The notes beneath the pieces are model-generated. The model worked only from the letters and a program-made list of their open reading frames with translations. It was not told where the DNA came from and did no database searches. The translations under genes and the position numbers were made by a program. A DNA stretch of 64,000 nt from Candidatus Parcubacteria bacterium. GTDB lineage: Bacteria > Patescibacteriota > Patescibacteriia > Patescibacteriales > UBA12075. The first letter of the stretch is position 1. The number at the start of each line of letters is the position of its first letter. The stretch covers positions 1,067,263 to 1,131,262 of the forward strand of contig CAWFCE010000002.1 of assembly GCA_963814275.1 (NCBI GenBank). The letters are read 5' to 3'. Positions 46,357-57,635 of the stretch are shown here, piece after piece.

Positions 46357-48276
46357 ATGGCTAATGACACCAGAGGGCTTACCGACGTATTGCTCTCAAA
46401 CCAAAAAAAATTCAAACCATCACAAAAAACCGTTAAGGAGGCCAATGTGAAGGATTATGAAGCGGAACTCAAGCGGGCCGCCAAAGACCCGCTCAAATTC
46501 TGGGAAGAGGCGGCCGAAGAGCTGCATTGGTTCAAAAAATGGGACAAGGTCTTCGAGGACAAAGACAAACCGTTTTTTAAATGGTTTGTCGGCGGGAAAT
46601 GCAATCTCGCTTACAACGCCCTGGACCGCCATATCGAAACCAACCCGAAAATGCACAAAAAAACCGCCATCCTCTGGGAAGAGGAGACCGGCCGCACCCG
46701 CAAGTATACGTATCTGGAGCTTTACCGGGAAGTCAACAAGCTTGTCAATGCCCTGAAAGCCAGCGGCATCGACCGGGGTGACCGGGTGGCGATCTATATG
46801 CCCAATATACCCGAGATAGTATTCGCCATGCTGGCCTGCGCCAAGATCGGCGCGATGCACTCGGTGGTCTATGCCGGGTTCTCTTCCCAGGCCTTAGCCG
46901 ACCGGATAGATGATGCCAGCGCCAAGGCCGTATTCACGGCTGACGGCAGTTTCCGGCGCGGCAAACCGATCCTTCTGAAGCCGATCGTCGATGAAGCCCT
47001 GAAATTGAGCACCGGCAAATCGGCCAAATTGGTGATCGTCACCAAGAACAACAAAGCCAAGATCAACTTCAATAAAAAGACCGATGTCTGGTACCATGAC
47101 TTTGTCAAAGGATATTCGGAGTATGCCAATTGCGCGGAAATGGACGCCGAAGACCCGGCATTCGTGCTCTATACTTCCGGCACCACTTCCAAACCGAAAG
47201 GAGTGGTGCACGTGCATGGCGGTTACCCGGTAAACGTCCTGCGCACCATGAAATACGTCTGGGATATCAAGGGCGATGAGATCTTCTGGTGCACGGCCGA
47301 TCCGGGCTGGATCACGGGCCATAGCTATATCATCTACGGTCCGCTGCTGGCCGGTATCACCACCCTTATGTATGAAGGCGTTCCGGATATGCCCAAGCCT
47401 GACCGCATCTGGCAAGTGGTGGAGAAATACAAAGTTAACGTGCTCTATACCGCGCCTACTCTGATCAGGGCGATGATGAAATACGGCCAGAAATGGCCGC
47501 AAGCCCACAAAATGCCGTCTTTGCGCCTGCTGGGATCTGTCGGCGAACCGATCAACCCCGAAGCCTGGAAATGGTACTATAAATATGTCGGCAAGAACCG
47601 TTGTCCGATCATGGATACCTGGTGGCAGACCGAGACCGGCGCCAATATGCTCACCCCGCTGCCGAGCGCGCCGCTCAAAGCCGGGTCCGCATGCAAGCCA
47701 TTTCCCGGTATAATAGCGGACGTCGTGGACAAGAACGGGAAAAGCGTTCCGGCCGGCAAGGGCGGTTTTCTGGTGATCAGGAACCAGTGGCCCAGTATGA
47801 TCCGGACCATCTTCAATAATCCCGAACGCTATATCAAGACCTACTGGAAAGAAGTAAAAGGCGTATATTTCGCCGGAGATGTCGCCTTTAAGGACAAAGA
47901 CGGTTATTTCTGGATCCAGGGGCGAACCGATGACGTCCTGAAGGTAGCCGGACACCGTATCGGCACCGCTGAGGTCGAGTCCGGTTTCGTTTCCCACCCT
48001 AGCGTGGTTGAGGCGGGCGTGATCGGCGTACCGGACCCGGTGAAAGGCGAGGTTATCGTGGCTTTCTGCATACTGTCGGCCAAAGCCAAGCCCAGCGAAG
48101 AATTGAAACAGGAATTGAAATCACACGTCCGCAAAAATATCGGTCCGGTGGCGGTCATTAAGGATATCAAATTCGTCGATAAGCTGCCCAAGACCAGAAG
48201 CGGCAAGATCATGCGACGCGTCTTAAAAGCGAAAGAATTGGGTTTGCCGTTAGGGGACACGAGCTCGTTGGTTTAG
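46357..48276 (+). CDS. acs: acetyl-CoA synthetase (AMP-forming)
   Basis: YTSGTTSKPKGV, WWQTETG, and C-terminal PKTRSGKIMRRVLK (A10 motif with the regulatory Lys). Confidence 0.9.
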   Translation: MANDTRGLTDVLLSNQKKFKPSQKTVKEANVKDYEAELKRAAKDPLKFWEEAAEELHWFKKWDKVFEDKDKPFFKWFVGGKCNLAYNALDRHIETNPKMHKKTAILWEEETGRTRKYTYLELYREVNKLVNALKASGIDRGDRVAIYMPNIPEIVFAMLACAKIGAMHSVVYAGFSSQALADRIDDASAKAVFTADGSFRRGKPILLKPIVDEALKLSTGKSAKLVIVTKNNKAKINFNKKTDVWYHDFVKGYSEYANCAEMDAEDPAFVLYTSGTTSKPKGVVHVHGGYPVNVLRTMKYVWDIKGDEIFWCTADPGWITGHSYIIYGPLLAGITTLMYEGVPDMPKPDRIWQVVEKYKVNVLYTAPTLIRAMMKYGQKWPQAHKMPSLRLLGSVGEPINPEAWKWYYKYVGKNRCPIMDTWWQTETGANMLTPLPSAPLKAGSACKPFPGIIADVVDKNGKSVPAGKGGFLVIRNQWPSMIRTIFNNPERYIKTYWKEVKGVYFAGDVAFKDKDGYFWIQGRTDDVLKVAGHRIGTAEVESGFVSHPSVVEAGVIGVPDPVKGEVIVAFCILSAKAKPSEELKQELKSHVRKNIGPVAVIKDIKFVDKLPKTRSGKIMRRVLKAKELGLPLGDTSSLV

Positions 48277-48407
48277 GAAATAGGCAGTAGGCAGTAGGCA
48301 GTAGGCGCTAGCGGCAGGTAAACAATAATATCTGATATAAAAAAATGAGGTGTAAACCTCATTTTTTTTATTTAAAACTATTGCCTATTGCCTACTTTCC
48401 TATCGCC
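48276..48407. terminator. extended bidirectional terminator between the convergent acs and gyrB genes
   Basis: Core aaaaaaatgagg-tgtaaa-cctcatttttttt (48339-48371). Flanked by inverted 7-mer tracts aggcagt x4 (48281-48307) and tattgcc-like (48378-48407). Confidence 0.7.
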
Positions 48408-48410
48408 TGA

Positions 48411-50453
<2,043 letters not shown>

Positions 50454-50741
50454 TTATTTAATATTAGCCTCTATAAATTAAAATTCCCCTAAACCAAGGG
50501 GTTGTTTTTACCTTATTATTATAGCAAAAATAAATATTATCTTCAAGGGCAAAATTCAACCGTTCCCGCTTGATAATTATTGATTAAAAAGGAAATAAAT
50601 GCTAAAAAACAGTAGTTATTAATCCATATAGTGTTGTTTTTTTAACTACGTTATCTGGCTATATTTAAATATATTTCTGCGATTTAACAGAAAATAAATT
50701 GTAAATACAATCATATTCTGGTATAATCACGGTATAAATAT

Positions 50742-51779
50742 ATGATAAATTTATTAAAAGACAATAAAGGCCACTACGAGCCCAAAGTAAAACAGCCACA
50801 GCGGGATACCTCCGAAACCGCATCGGACAACGAAAAATCGAAAGACGACAGCGAGGCCAGTCCTGAAAAGATCGATATAACCAAATACCAGGATCCCGAA
50901 GGATTAACAGTTGGTAAGCTGGAAATCGGTCTGTGGTTTCTGTCGCATCGGCGTAAATTCATCTATATTTTATATACGATCCTGATTATCGTAAGTATTA
51001 TTTGCTGGTCTATATTCATATATACCTTTGGCCATTATGTTTTGATCGGTATGGTGCAGGACCGCAAAATGCTCGAAGAATTGAGCCAATATAATGGTGC
51101 TATTCCGGATATCCTGATGCGCCAGGCGGCAGTACCCCTGGTATTGGGTGAACCGCAAGTGTTAAGTGTCGGTATGAATGTTTACGATATTGCGGTTAAA
51201 ATAATGAACCCCAACAAAAACCATTGGGCAGAATTCGATTATCACCTGGAGGGTTCAAATGGGGCGATTTTTGGAAAATCCCAAGGGTTCATACTTCCTC
51301 AGGAATCAAAATACACCTTATCCCTGGGCAACACTCTGCTTAGCCGCCCGTCAAAAGTTTTTTTTGTCATAGACCATATAAAATGGGGAAGGATAAGCGG
51401 GCATAATTTTCCCGACTGGGAAGCCTATAAGTCGTCGCGATTGGACTTCACGGTAAGCGGGGAAAAGTTTACCCCTGCCAACATCAATATTCTGAGCGAA
51501 AACGTCAACTTGAACGAATTATCATTTACCATAAGCAATAATACTGCCTATAATTACTACACGGTTGACTTGATAATACTACTAAGGGATAATAGCAATA
51601 TTGTAGCCGTAAACCGGTACAACGTAGATAATTTTTACAATGAAACCAATAGAAATATTAGCGTTACCTGGCCCGGAACCATCAACCGCGTGCATAATAT
51701 TGATATAATACCGGAAATCAATATCACCGATCCTCGCGTATTTATGCCGCTGGATCTGGGCCCTGGCGAACCAAAATAA
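50742..51779 (+). CDS. hypothetical membrane-anchored protein
   Basis: 345 aa with an acidic N-terminus and TM segments around FIYILYTILIIVSIICWSIFIY. Its stop is 2 nt before the rodA/ftsW start. Confidence 0.4.
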   Translation: MINLLKDNKGHYEPKVKQPQRDTSETASDNEKSKDDSEASPEKIDITKYQDPEGLTVGKLEIGLWFLSHRRKFIYILYTILIIVSIICWSIFIYTFGHYVLIGMVQDRKMLEELSQYNGAIPDILMRQAAVPLVLGEPQVLSVGMNVYDIAVKIMNPNKNHWAEFDYHLEGSNGAIFGKSQGFILPQESKYTLSLGNTLLSRPSKVFFVIDHIKWGRISGHNFPDWEAYKSSRLDFTVSGEKFTPANINILSENVNLNELSFTISNNTAYNYYTVDLIILLRDNSNIVAVNRYNVDNFYNETNRNISVTWPGTINRVHNIDIIPEINITDPRVFMPLDLGPGEPK

Positions 51780-51781
51780 CA

Positions 51782-52888
51782 ATGTCAGGGAAAATCACCC
51801 CATTCTTAAAAAAATTCGACTGGATACTATTCGCGGCAGTAATGCTGCTTATTTGTTTCGGTATGATCGAAATATACAGTATCGCTTTGTCGCGCGATGC
51901 GGCCGATCTGCTTAATTTCGAAAAACAGATCCTATTCGTACTTGTAGGCATTGTTGGATTGTTTATTTTCGCTTTTATTGATTATTTCAATTTACGCAGC
52001 TATAGCAATTATTTATACCTTTTTGGCGCGCTTCTCCTTCTCGGCGTGCTCTTCTTCGGCAAAACGATCCGCGGCACCCAGGGATGGTATGCCATTGGCC
52101 CTCTAAGCCTGCAGCCTGTTGAATTCGCGAAAATAATTTTGATCATATTCCTTTCGCGATATTTTTCCGGAGTAACAATGAAGATCAATCCGATCAAACA
52201 TTTATTGATTTCCGGCGCTGGCACATTCTTATTCGCCATTTTGGTTCTCAAGCAGCCCGATTTCGGCTCGGCAATGATCCTGATACTTTTATGGGGAATT
52301 CTCCTGATGGTCGCGGGCATCAAAAAACGGTATTTCCTGATATTGGGCTCCGTGTTTTTGATTATATTCGTCAGTGGTTGGTTTTTCTTTTTTCAGGACT
52401 ATCAAAAAGAAAGGATAATGACATTTTTCAATCCGACTCAGGGTTCGCTGGACCAGGGCTACAATATCACTCAGGCGGTTATTGCCGTCGGCTCAGGCCA
52501 AATCACGGGAAGGGGAGTCGGGTTCGGGTCACAATCACAGCTTAAATTCCTGCCGGAGGCGCAAAATGATTTCATTTTTGCCGTCATTGCCGAGGAATTC
52601 GGATTTTTGGGGGTGATTTTGGTAATATTCTTCTTCGGTGTGATATTTTTCCGGCTATTGAAAGCTGGCGCGGAAATCAACAATGATTACGGGATATTTT
52701 TCTTGGTCGGTATCGCCTCCTTGATTTTTATCGAAATGTTTATTAATATTGGTATGAATATCGGTTTATTGCCGGTTATTGGGATTTCCCTGCCTTTTTT
52801 GAGCTATGGCGGCAGCGCGATCGTTTCCACCCTGATATTGGTCGGAATTGCCGAAAGTATAATTATACGGTCAAGAATAAAATATTGA
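51782..52888 (+). CDS. SEDS family peptidoglycan glycosyltransferase (FtsW/RodA/SpoVE)
   Basis: LQPVEFAKI, PDFGSAMI, LPEAQNDFIFAVIAEEFG and SLPFLSYGGSA. Confidence 0.85.
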   Translation: MSGKITPFLKKFDWILFAAVMLLICFGMIEIYSIALSRDAADLLNFEKQILFVLVGIVGLFIFAFIDYFNLRSYSNYLYLFGALLLLGVLFFGKTIRGTQGWYAIGPLSLQPVEFAKIILIIFLSRYFSGVTMKINPIKHLLISGAGTFLFAILVLKQPDFGSAMILILLWGILLMVAGIKKRYFLILGSVFLIIFVSGWFFFFQDYQKERIMTFFNPTQGSLDQGYNITQAVIAVGSGQITGRGVGFGSQSQLKFLPEAQNDFIFAVIAEEFGFLGVILVIFFFGVIFFRLLKAGAEINNDYGIFFLVGIASLIFIEMFINIGMNIGLLPVIGISLPFLSYGGSAIVSTLILVGIAESIIIRSRIKY

Positions 52889-52999
52889 TTTTCGGAATAA
52901 TTCATTGGCCTATACGGCTTGCCTATATGAGGCATAAAACGATCTATAGAGCACGGTAATATTAATTAATAATAAAATAATTTTAATCAAAAAACGTTT

Positions 53000-53674
53000 A
53001 TGACAAAAAAAATAATTTTAAGCGCCGCCCGCCGGGAGGAAAAAAACGGCAACCCGAAACTGATCAGAAGCACCGGATTGGTACCGGCTGTGCTCTATGG
53101 CGGCGACCATGAGAACGAGCTTCTCAAAATAAAATCAATCGATTTTAGAAGGGCTTACGAAGCAGCCGGTGAATCATCGCTGGTAGACCTTTCGATCGAC
53201 AAAGACGAACCGGTCAAGGTTATCATAAAAGACGCGCAATTCGACCCGATCAAAAATTCGGTACTGCACATCGATTTTTACCGCGTGGACATGAATCAGC
53301 CGATCGAAGTGGAAATACCGCTTCAGTTTACCGGCGAGGCAAAAGCGGTCAAGGACCTGGGCGGAACATTCGTGAAAAGCATGGAGACCGTCCTGGCCAA
53401 GTGTCTGCCCGGCGATCTGCTCGAGCACATCGAGGTCGACCTGTCCCGGCTGGCAACCTTCGATGACCATATTCAGGTCAAAGACCTTGTTATACCGGCT
53501 AATATCCAGATACTGGACCATGAATCCGACATTGTCGCCAATGTGCTGGCGCCGCGCGCCATAGAAGAAGAAACGACAGCGCCGGCTGAGGAAGTACCGG
53601 CGGACGTTAAGGCGGCAGAAGGCGAAACGGCCGGTCAAGATAAAAAGGCAGAATCGAAAAAGGAAGGAAAATAG
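53000..53674 (+). CDS. rplY: 50S ribosomal protein L25 / general stress protein Ctc
   Basis: RSTGLVPAVLYGG, HIDFYRV, and an acidic/Lys-rich C-terminal tail. Confidence 0.85.
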   Translation: MTKKIILSAARREEKNGNPKLIRSTGLVPAVLYGGDHENELLKIKSIDFRRAYEAAGESSLVDLSIDKDEPVKVIIKDAQFDPIKNSVLHIDFYRVDMNQPIEVEIPLQFTGEAKAVKDLGGTFVKSMETVLAKCLPGDLLEHIEVDLSRLATFDDHIQVKDLVIPANIQILDHESDIVANVLAPRAIEEETTAPAEEVPADVKAAEGETAGQDKKAESKKEGK

Positions 53675-53741
53675 TAAAGCTGGCAACGGAATACGGAACT
53701 TCCATCTAATTACATATTTTCATTTATCTCATATTTTTGGC

Positions 53742-54866
53742 ATGGACGAAAAAGGCAAAGACAATAATCCCGGACATGAAAAGCCGGATTACACGGAAGG
53801 GGTCAAAAGACAGCTGCATTTGTGGGTATTCATGATGCTGCTGTTCTTTTTTTCGTCTCTGGCTCTGGCCTATGGCACATACTATGTCATTTCCCTCCCT
53901 GGCAGCTCGCTAATGAACCCCCTTGGATCGATTTCGGCTTACTTCGGCCAACACGCGGAAAATACGCATTTGCCCCCCGATAACCGGGTACCGCGCCATA
54001 TCGACGGCGTCCTGGTCGAACCAGGGGCAGAGAATATTTACCCGGTCGGAGTGATGATCGACAACCACAGCGATGCCTGGCCGCAAGCCGGACTGGCCCA
54101 TGCCAATCTCGTGATCGAAGCGGAGGCGGAGGGCGGGATCACCCGCTATCTGGCATTTTTCGCTTCATCTGATTCGCCTGAAAAGATCGGCCCGATCCGT
54201 TCGGCCCGCCCTTATTTCATGGAGTGGGCGCGGGAACTGTCCGCCCTTTATACCCATGTGGGCGGTTCGCCGGCCGCTCTGGCCGAGATGAACGTGGAAA
54301 ATGTCCTTCATATCAATGAGTTCTACCAGGGTGAATACTTTTGGCGCAGCGACGACAAACTTGCGCCGCATAATGTCTACACCTCTTCGGAGAATCTGTA
54401 TAAGTATCTTGATGCCAAAAATTTGAACGAGGGCAAATACTTCGGCTGGCAATTCAAAGACGAGGCAGGGACAGCTGCCCGTCCGGCCAGTTCGACGATC
54501 GCCATCGGTTACCGCCTAAAAGGGTATAATGTCGAGTGGCGATACGATAACGATTCCAACACTTATAGCCGTTATGTCGGCGGCGACCGCCACCTGGATG
54601 CCGACGGCACGCCGATAATGGCGAAAAACGTGATAATCCAAGTGATACCGGCTGAGGTAATTGACAACGAGCTGCGGCTGGAAATGAATACGGTCGGCAC
54701 CGGCACCGCGGCGGTTTGCCTGGATGGGGAATGCCATAATGCCACCTGGCAAAAAAACAGCGTGGCCGAACGTACACGCTTCTACGAAGATGGTAATGAG
54801 GCCGTATTTGACCGCGGCACGACCTGGATCGAAGTGGTCCGCCCGGAAATAACGCTGGATTATTAA
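53742..54866 (+). CDS. DUF3048 (YerB-like) domain protein
   Basis: VGVMIDNHSDAWPQAGLAHANLVIEAEAEGGITRYLAFF and IGPIRSARPYF match my recollection of the family. Confidence 0.65.
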   Translation: MDEKGKDNNPGHEKPDYTEGVKRQLHLWVFMMLLFFFSSLALAYGTYYVISLPGSSLMNPLGSISAYFGQHAENTHLPPDNRVPRHIDGVLVEPGAENIYPVGVMIDNHSDAWPQAGLAHANLVIEAEAEGGITRYLAFFASSDSPEKIGPIRSARPYFMEWARELSALYTHVGGSPAALAEMNVENVLHINEFYQGEYFWRSDDKLAPHNVYTSSENLYKYLDAKNLNEGKYFGWQFKDEAGTAARPASSTIAIGYRLKGYNVEWRYDNDSNTYSRYVGGDRHLDADGTPIMAKNVIIQVIPAEVIDNELRLEMNTVGTGTAAVCLDGECHNATWQKNSVAERTRFYEDGNEAVFDRGTTWIEVVRPEITLDY

Positions 54867-54885
54867 ATATTTTTTGTATACGCAA

Positions 54886-54914
54886 AAGGGATGCTTTTCT
54901 GGCATCCCTTTTTA
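54886..54914 (+). terminator. intrinsic terminator
   Basis: aagggatgc-ttttctg-gcatccctt followed by tttat. Confidence 0.55.
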
Positions 54915-54985
54915 TATTTTTACAAAATGTTACTTTTTCCCAAACCATCCGACTGTTCATAATAGATTATCCGTATTGCCGGGCA

Positions 54986-55912
54986 TTAATATTTGAGAAT
55001 TATATTGCGCTCTTTTCCGCATAGGTCCTTTGTTATTTTAAATTTGAATGCCGGCAAAAGGTTTTTGGCAATTTGCCTGATTTTTTTTACCTGAGACGGA
55101 TCTATTTCGAGCAATAGGCAGATTGAGGAACGAAAATCGGGATTTGCGGATAGCTTTTTGATTTGCACAAGCAGTTGACGATAATATTTGAGACCGTCGG
55201 GACCGGCGGTTAACGCGATTTTCGGTTCTTTCTGGATGGTAGGGGAGTGTTTGACATCAGCCGGGGTGAGATAGGGCAAGTTGGCGAAAATAATTAATCG
55301 TGAATCGGAGAGCGGGAATCGGGGGTCGTTTATTATGGGAGTCAGGAGATTGCCCTGACTAAAATTGATCAATTTAAGCACTTTATGAATTTTGGCGTTT
55401 TGGCGGGCAACGGTTAAGGCGGAGCGGGAGATGTCAGTTGCAAAAAATTGGAAATTGGCCTGCCCCGAGCCGTGACGAGGGGAAATTGGAAATTTGGCTT
55501 GTTGTAATGTTTTTAATATCGATATAATTATACAGCCGGAGCCCGTGCCGACATCGATAAAAACCGTTTTGCGATCTCCGATCTCCGATCTCCGATCTAC
55601 GACGTAATCTACCATCATTTCCGTCTCGGGCCGGGGAATAAGGACATTCTTATTGACTTTGAACGTAAGCCCATAGAATTCCTTCTCGCCGGTGATATAG
55701 GCGAGGGGACTGCCTTTGCTTAGTTTTGAAAGTTGAAAGTTGAAAGTTGAAAGTTGCTGTTTTGACAAATTCCCTTCCGGATGCGACAAAATCCATTCTC
55801 TCGGCTTCTTTAATATAAATGATAATAAAATTTCCGCCATTAAATGCGGATTTTTTATTTCTACTTGCTTGAGTTTTGTCATTGCCAGTAATAACGCCTG
55901 TCCGATGTCCAT
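54986..55912 (-). CDS. prmC: release-factor glutamine N5-methyltransferase PrmC/HemK carrying simple-repeat-encoded insertions
   Basis: PLAYITGEKEFYGLTFKVNKNVLIPRPETE, DVGTGSGCI, and FANLPYL (an NPPY variant). Lies immediately downstream of prfA. Confidence 0.8.
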   Translation of the reverse strand: MDIGQALLLAMTKLKQVEIKNPHLMAEILLSFILKKPREWILSHPEGNLSKQQLSTFNFQLSKLSKGSPLAYITGEKEFYGLTFKVNKNVLIPRPETEMMVDYVVDRRSEIGDRKTVFIDVGTGSGCIIISILKTLQQAKFPISPRHGSGQANFQFFATDISRSALTVARQNAKIHKVLKLINFSQGNLLTPIINDPRFPLSDSRLIIFANLPYLTPADVKHSPTIQKEPKIALTAGPDGLKYYRQLLVQIKKLSANPDFRSSICLLLEIDPSQVKKIRQIAKNLLPAFKFKITKDLCGKERNIILKY

Positions 55913-55939
55913 ATTCCAAATTACAAATTTCTAATTTTC

Positions 55940-56971
55940 TTATGTATTTTCCTGCAATTCATGGATTATTTTACCCAGATCGCCGTCCATGATTACCGCG
56001 ATATTGCTCCAGGATTTTTTGATCCGGTGGTCGGTGATGCGGTCCTGGGGGAAATTGTAAGTTCGGATCTTCTCGCTGCGATCACCCGTACCGATCATCT
56101 GTTTGCGCTCGGCCGACTCCTTGGCCGCGCGGTCGTCTTCGATCTTCTGCATCAGCCGCGAGCGCAATACGCTCATGGCCTTTTCTTTGTTCTGATGCTG
56201 GGATTTCTGGTCCTGGCACTGGACCACCAGGCCGGTCGGCACATGGGTGATGCGGACGGCTGAGTTGGTGGTATTTACTTTCTGGCCGCCCGGGCCGCTA
56301 GCCGCGTATGTATCAATGCGCAAATCTTCCATTTTGACCTCAATATCGACTTCTTCCGCCTCCGGGAGCACTGCCACCGTAGCCGCCGATGTGTGGATCC
56401 GGCCCGCTTTTTCCGTTTCCGGAACGCGCTGGACGCGATGGGTGCCGGCTTCGTATTTCATTGAGCGGTAGACATCTTTTCCCTTGACTTCGAAGATTAT
56501 CTCTTTGAAACCGCCGATGCCGATCCGGTGCGAATCCAGGATCGATATCTTCCAGGCCATGCGTTCGGCATAGCGGCTATACATCCGGAAGAGGTCGGCC
56601 GTAAACAAGGCCGACTCATCGCCGCCCGTGCCTGCCCGTATCTCCACGATCACATTTTTCTTGTCGTTCGGATCTGCCGGATTGAGCTCCAAATCTATCT
56701 CCTTCTTCAGTCTGCTTGTCTTATCCACCAGCTCATTCAATTCATTTTGCGCCATAGCCAACAATTCAGGATCATTCTCCTGCTCCAAAAGTTCGCGGTT
56801 TTGCGTGAGCTCTTTTTCCGTTTTTTCCAACTCAGCCAGCATTTCTATAACAGGTTTCAACTCCGCATGGCGGCGTGAAATATCTGTTAATTTCTTCTGG
56901 TCCAATATCACTGATTGATCCTGTAATGATTTTTCCAACTCAGCAAATTCATTTTTGATTTCTTCGAACAT
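55940..56971 (-). CDS. prfA: peptide chain release factor 1
   Basis: [17 protein letters not shown] (PxT-type codon-recognition loop) and [19 protein letters not shown] (GGQ). Confidence 0.9.
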   Translation of the reverse strand: MFEEIKNEFAELEKSLQDQSVILDQKKLTDISRRHAELKPVIEMLAELEKTEKELTQNRELLEQENDPELLAMAQNELNELVDKTSRLKKEIDLELNPADPNDKKNVIVEIRAGTGGDESALFTADLFRMYSRYAERMAWKISILDSHRIGIGGFKEIIFEVKGKDVYRSMKYEAGTHRVQRVPETEKAGRIHTSAATVAVLPEAEEVDIEVKMEDLRIDTYAASGPGGQKVNTTNSAVRITHVPTGLVVQCQDQKSQHQNKEKAMSVLRSRLMQKIEDDRAAKESAERKQMIGTGDRSEKIRTYNFPQDRITDHRIKKSWSNIAVIMDGDLGKIIHELQENT

Positions 56972-57069
56972 AAATTTATTATTATCTATGAATCCGCTAC
57001 AAATTCATGGATAATTCTATTTCTAAATTGCGCCATTCTTGAATCAATCCTCGGATTCGTGATCTTACC

Positions 57070-57112
57070 AAAAACGCGCAGTGCATCAGTATATATTAAA
57101 AGCACTACGCGT
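57070..57112 (-). terminator. intrinsic terminator after rpmE
   Basis: The minus strand reads cgcgtagtgc...gcactgcgcg followed by ttttt. Confidence 0.5.
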
Positions 57113-57129
57113 ATATTTGATTGGCGTAT

Positions 57130-57474
57130 CTATTTTTTTAACTTTTTCACCGCTTTCTTGTCCGGCTTCGCTGTTTTTTCCTTTTCGTTGACAACCACTT
57201 CTTTCTTGGCGCGGGCAGCGGCTTTAGCGGCACGCTTTACGGTCTTGCCGCGGCGCGCCTTGCCGACCTCCGCTTGCTTGACCACTTTTGCCTGGAATTT
57301 CTCTACCCGACGGGCGGTATCTACCAGCTTTTGCTTTCCGGTATAAAACGGGTGGCAATTCGAGCATAACTCAGTTTTCAATTCCGGCATAGTCGATCCC
57401 GTAACGAACGTATTGCCGCAAGCGCAAGTTATGGTTGCCTTTTCATAATACTTGGGGTGAATATCTTTTTTCAT
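57130..57474 (-). CDS. rpmE: 50S ribosomal protein L31 with a Lys/Ala-rich C-terminal extension
   Basis: [23 protein letters not shown]...[13 protein letters not shown], then ~45 extra basic residues. Confidence 0.85.
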   Translation of the reverse strand: MKKDIHPKYYEKATITCACGNTFVTGSTMPELKTELCSNCHPFYTGKQKLVDTARRVEKFQAKVVKQAEVGKARRGKTVKRAAKAAARAKKEVVVNEKEKTAKPDKKAVKKLKK

Positions 57475-57635
57475 AAAATTTAGACTAAAATCTATATTAT
57501 TTTATTATCTTTCCCTGATAAAAATATCTAATATATACGTATTTTAACAACTATAATACTAACATAATATAAAAAAATTGGCAAGAGAACCGTATTATGC
57601 TATAATTAAAGCAACAAGAGAATAAACTTTACCCC

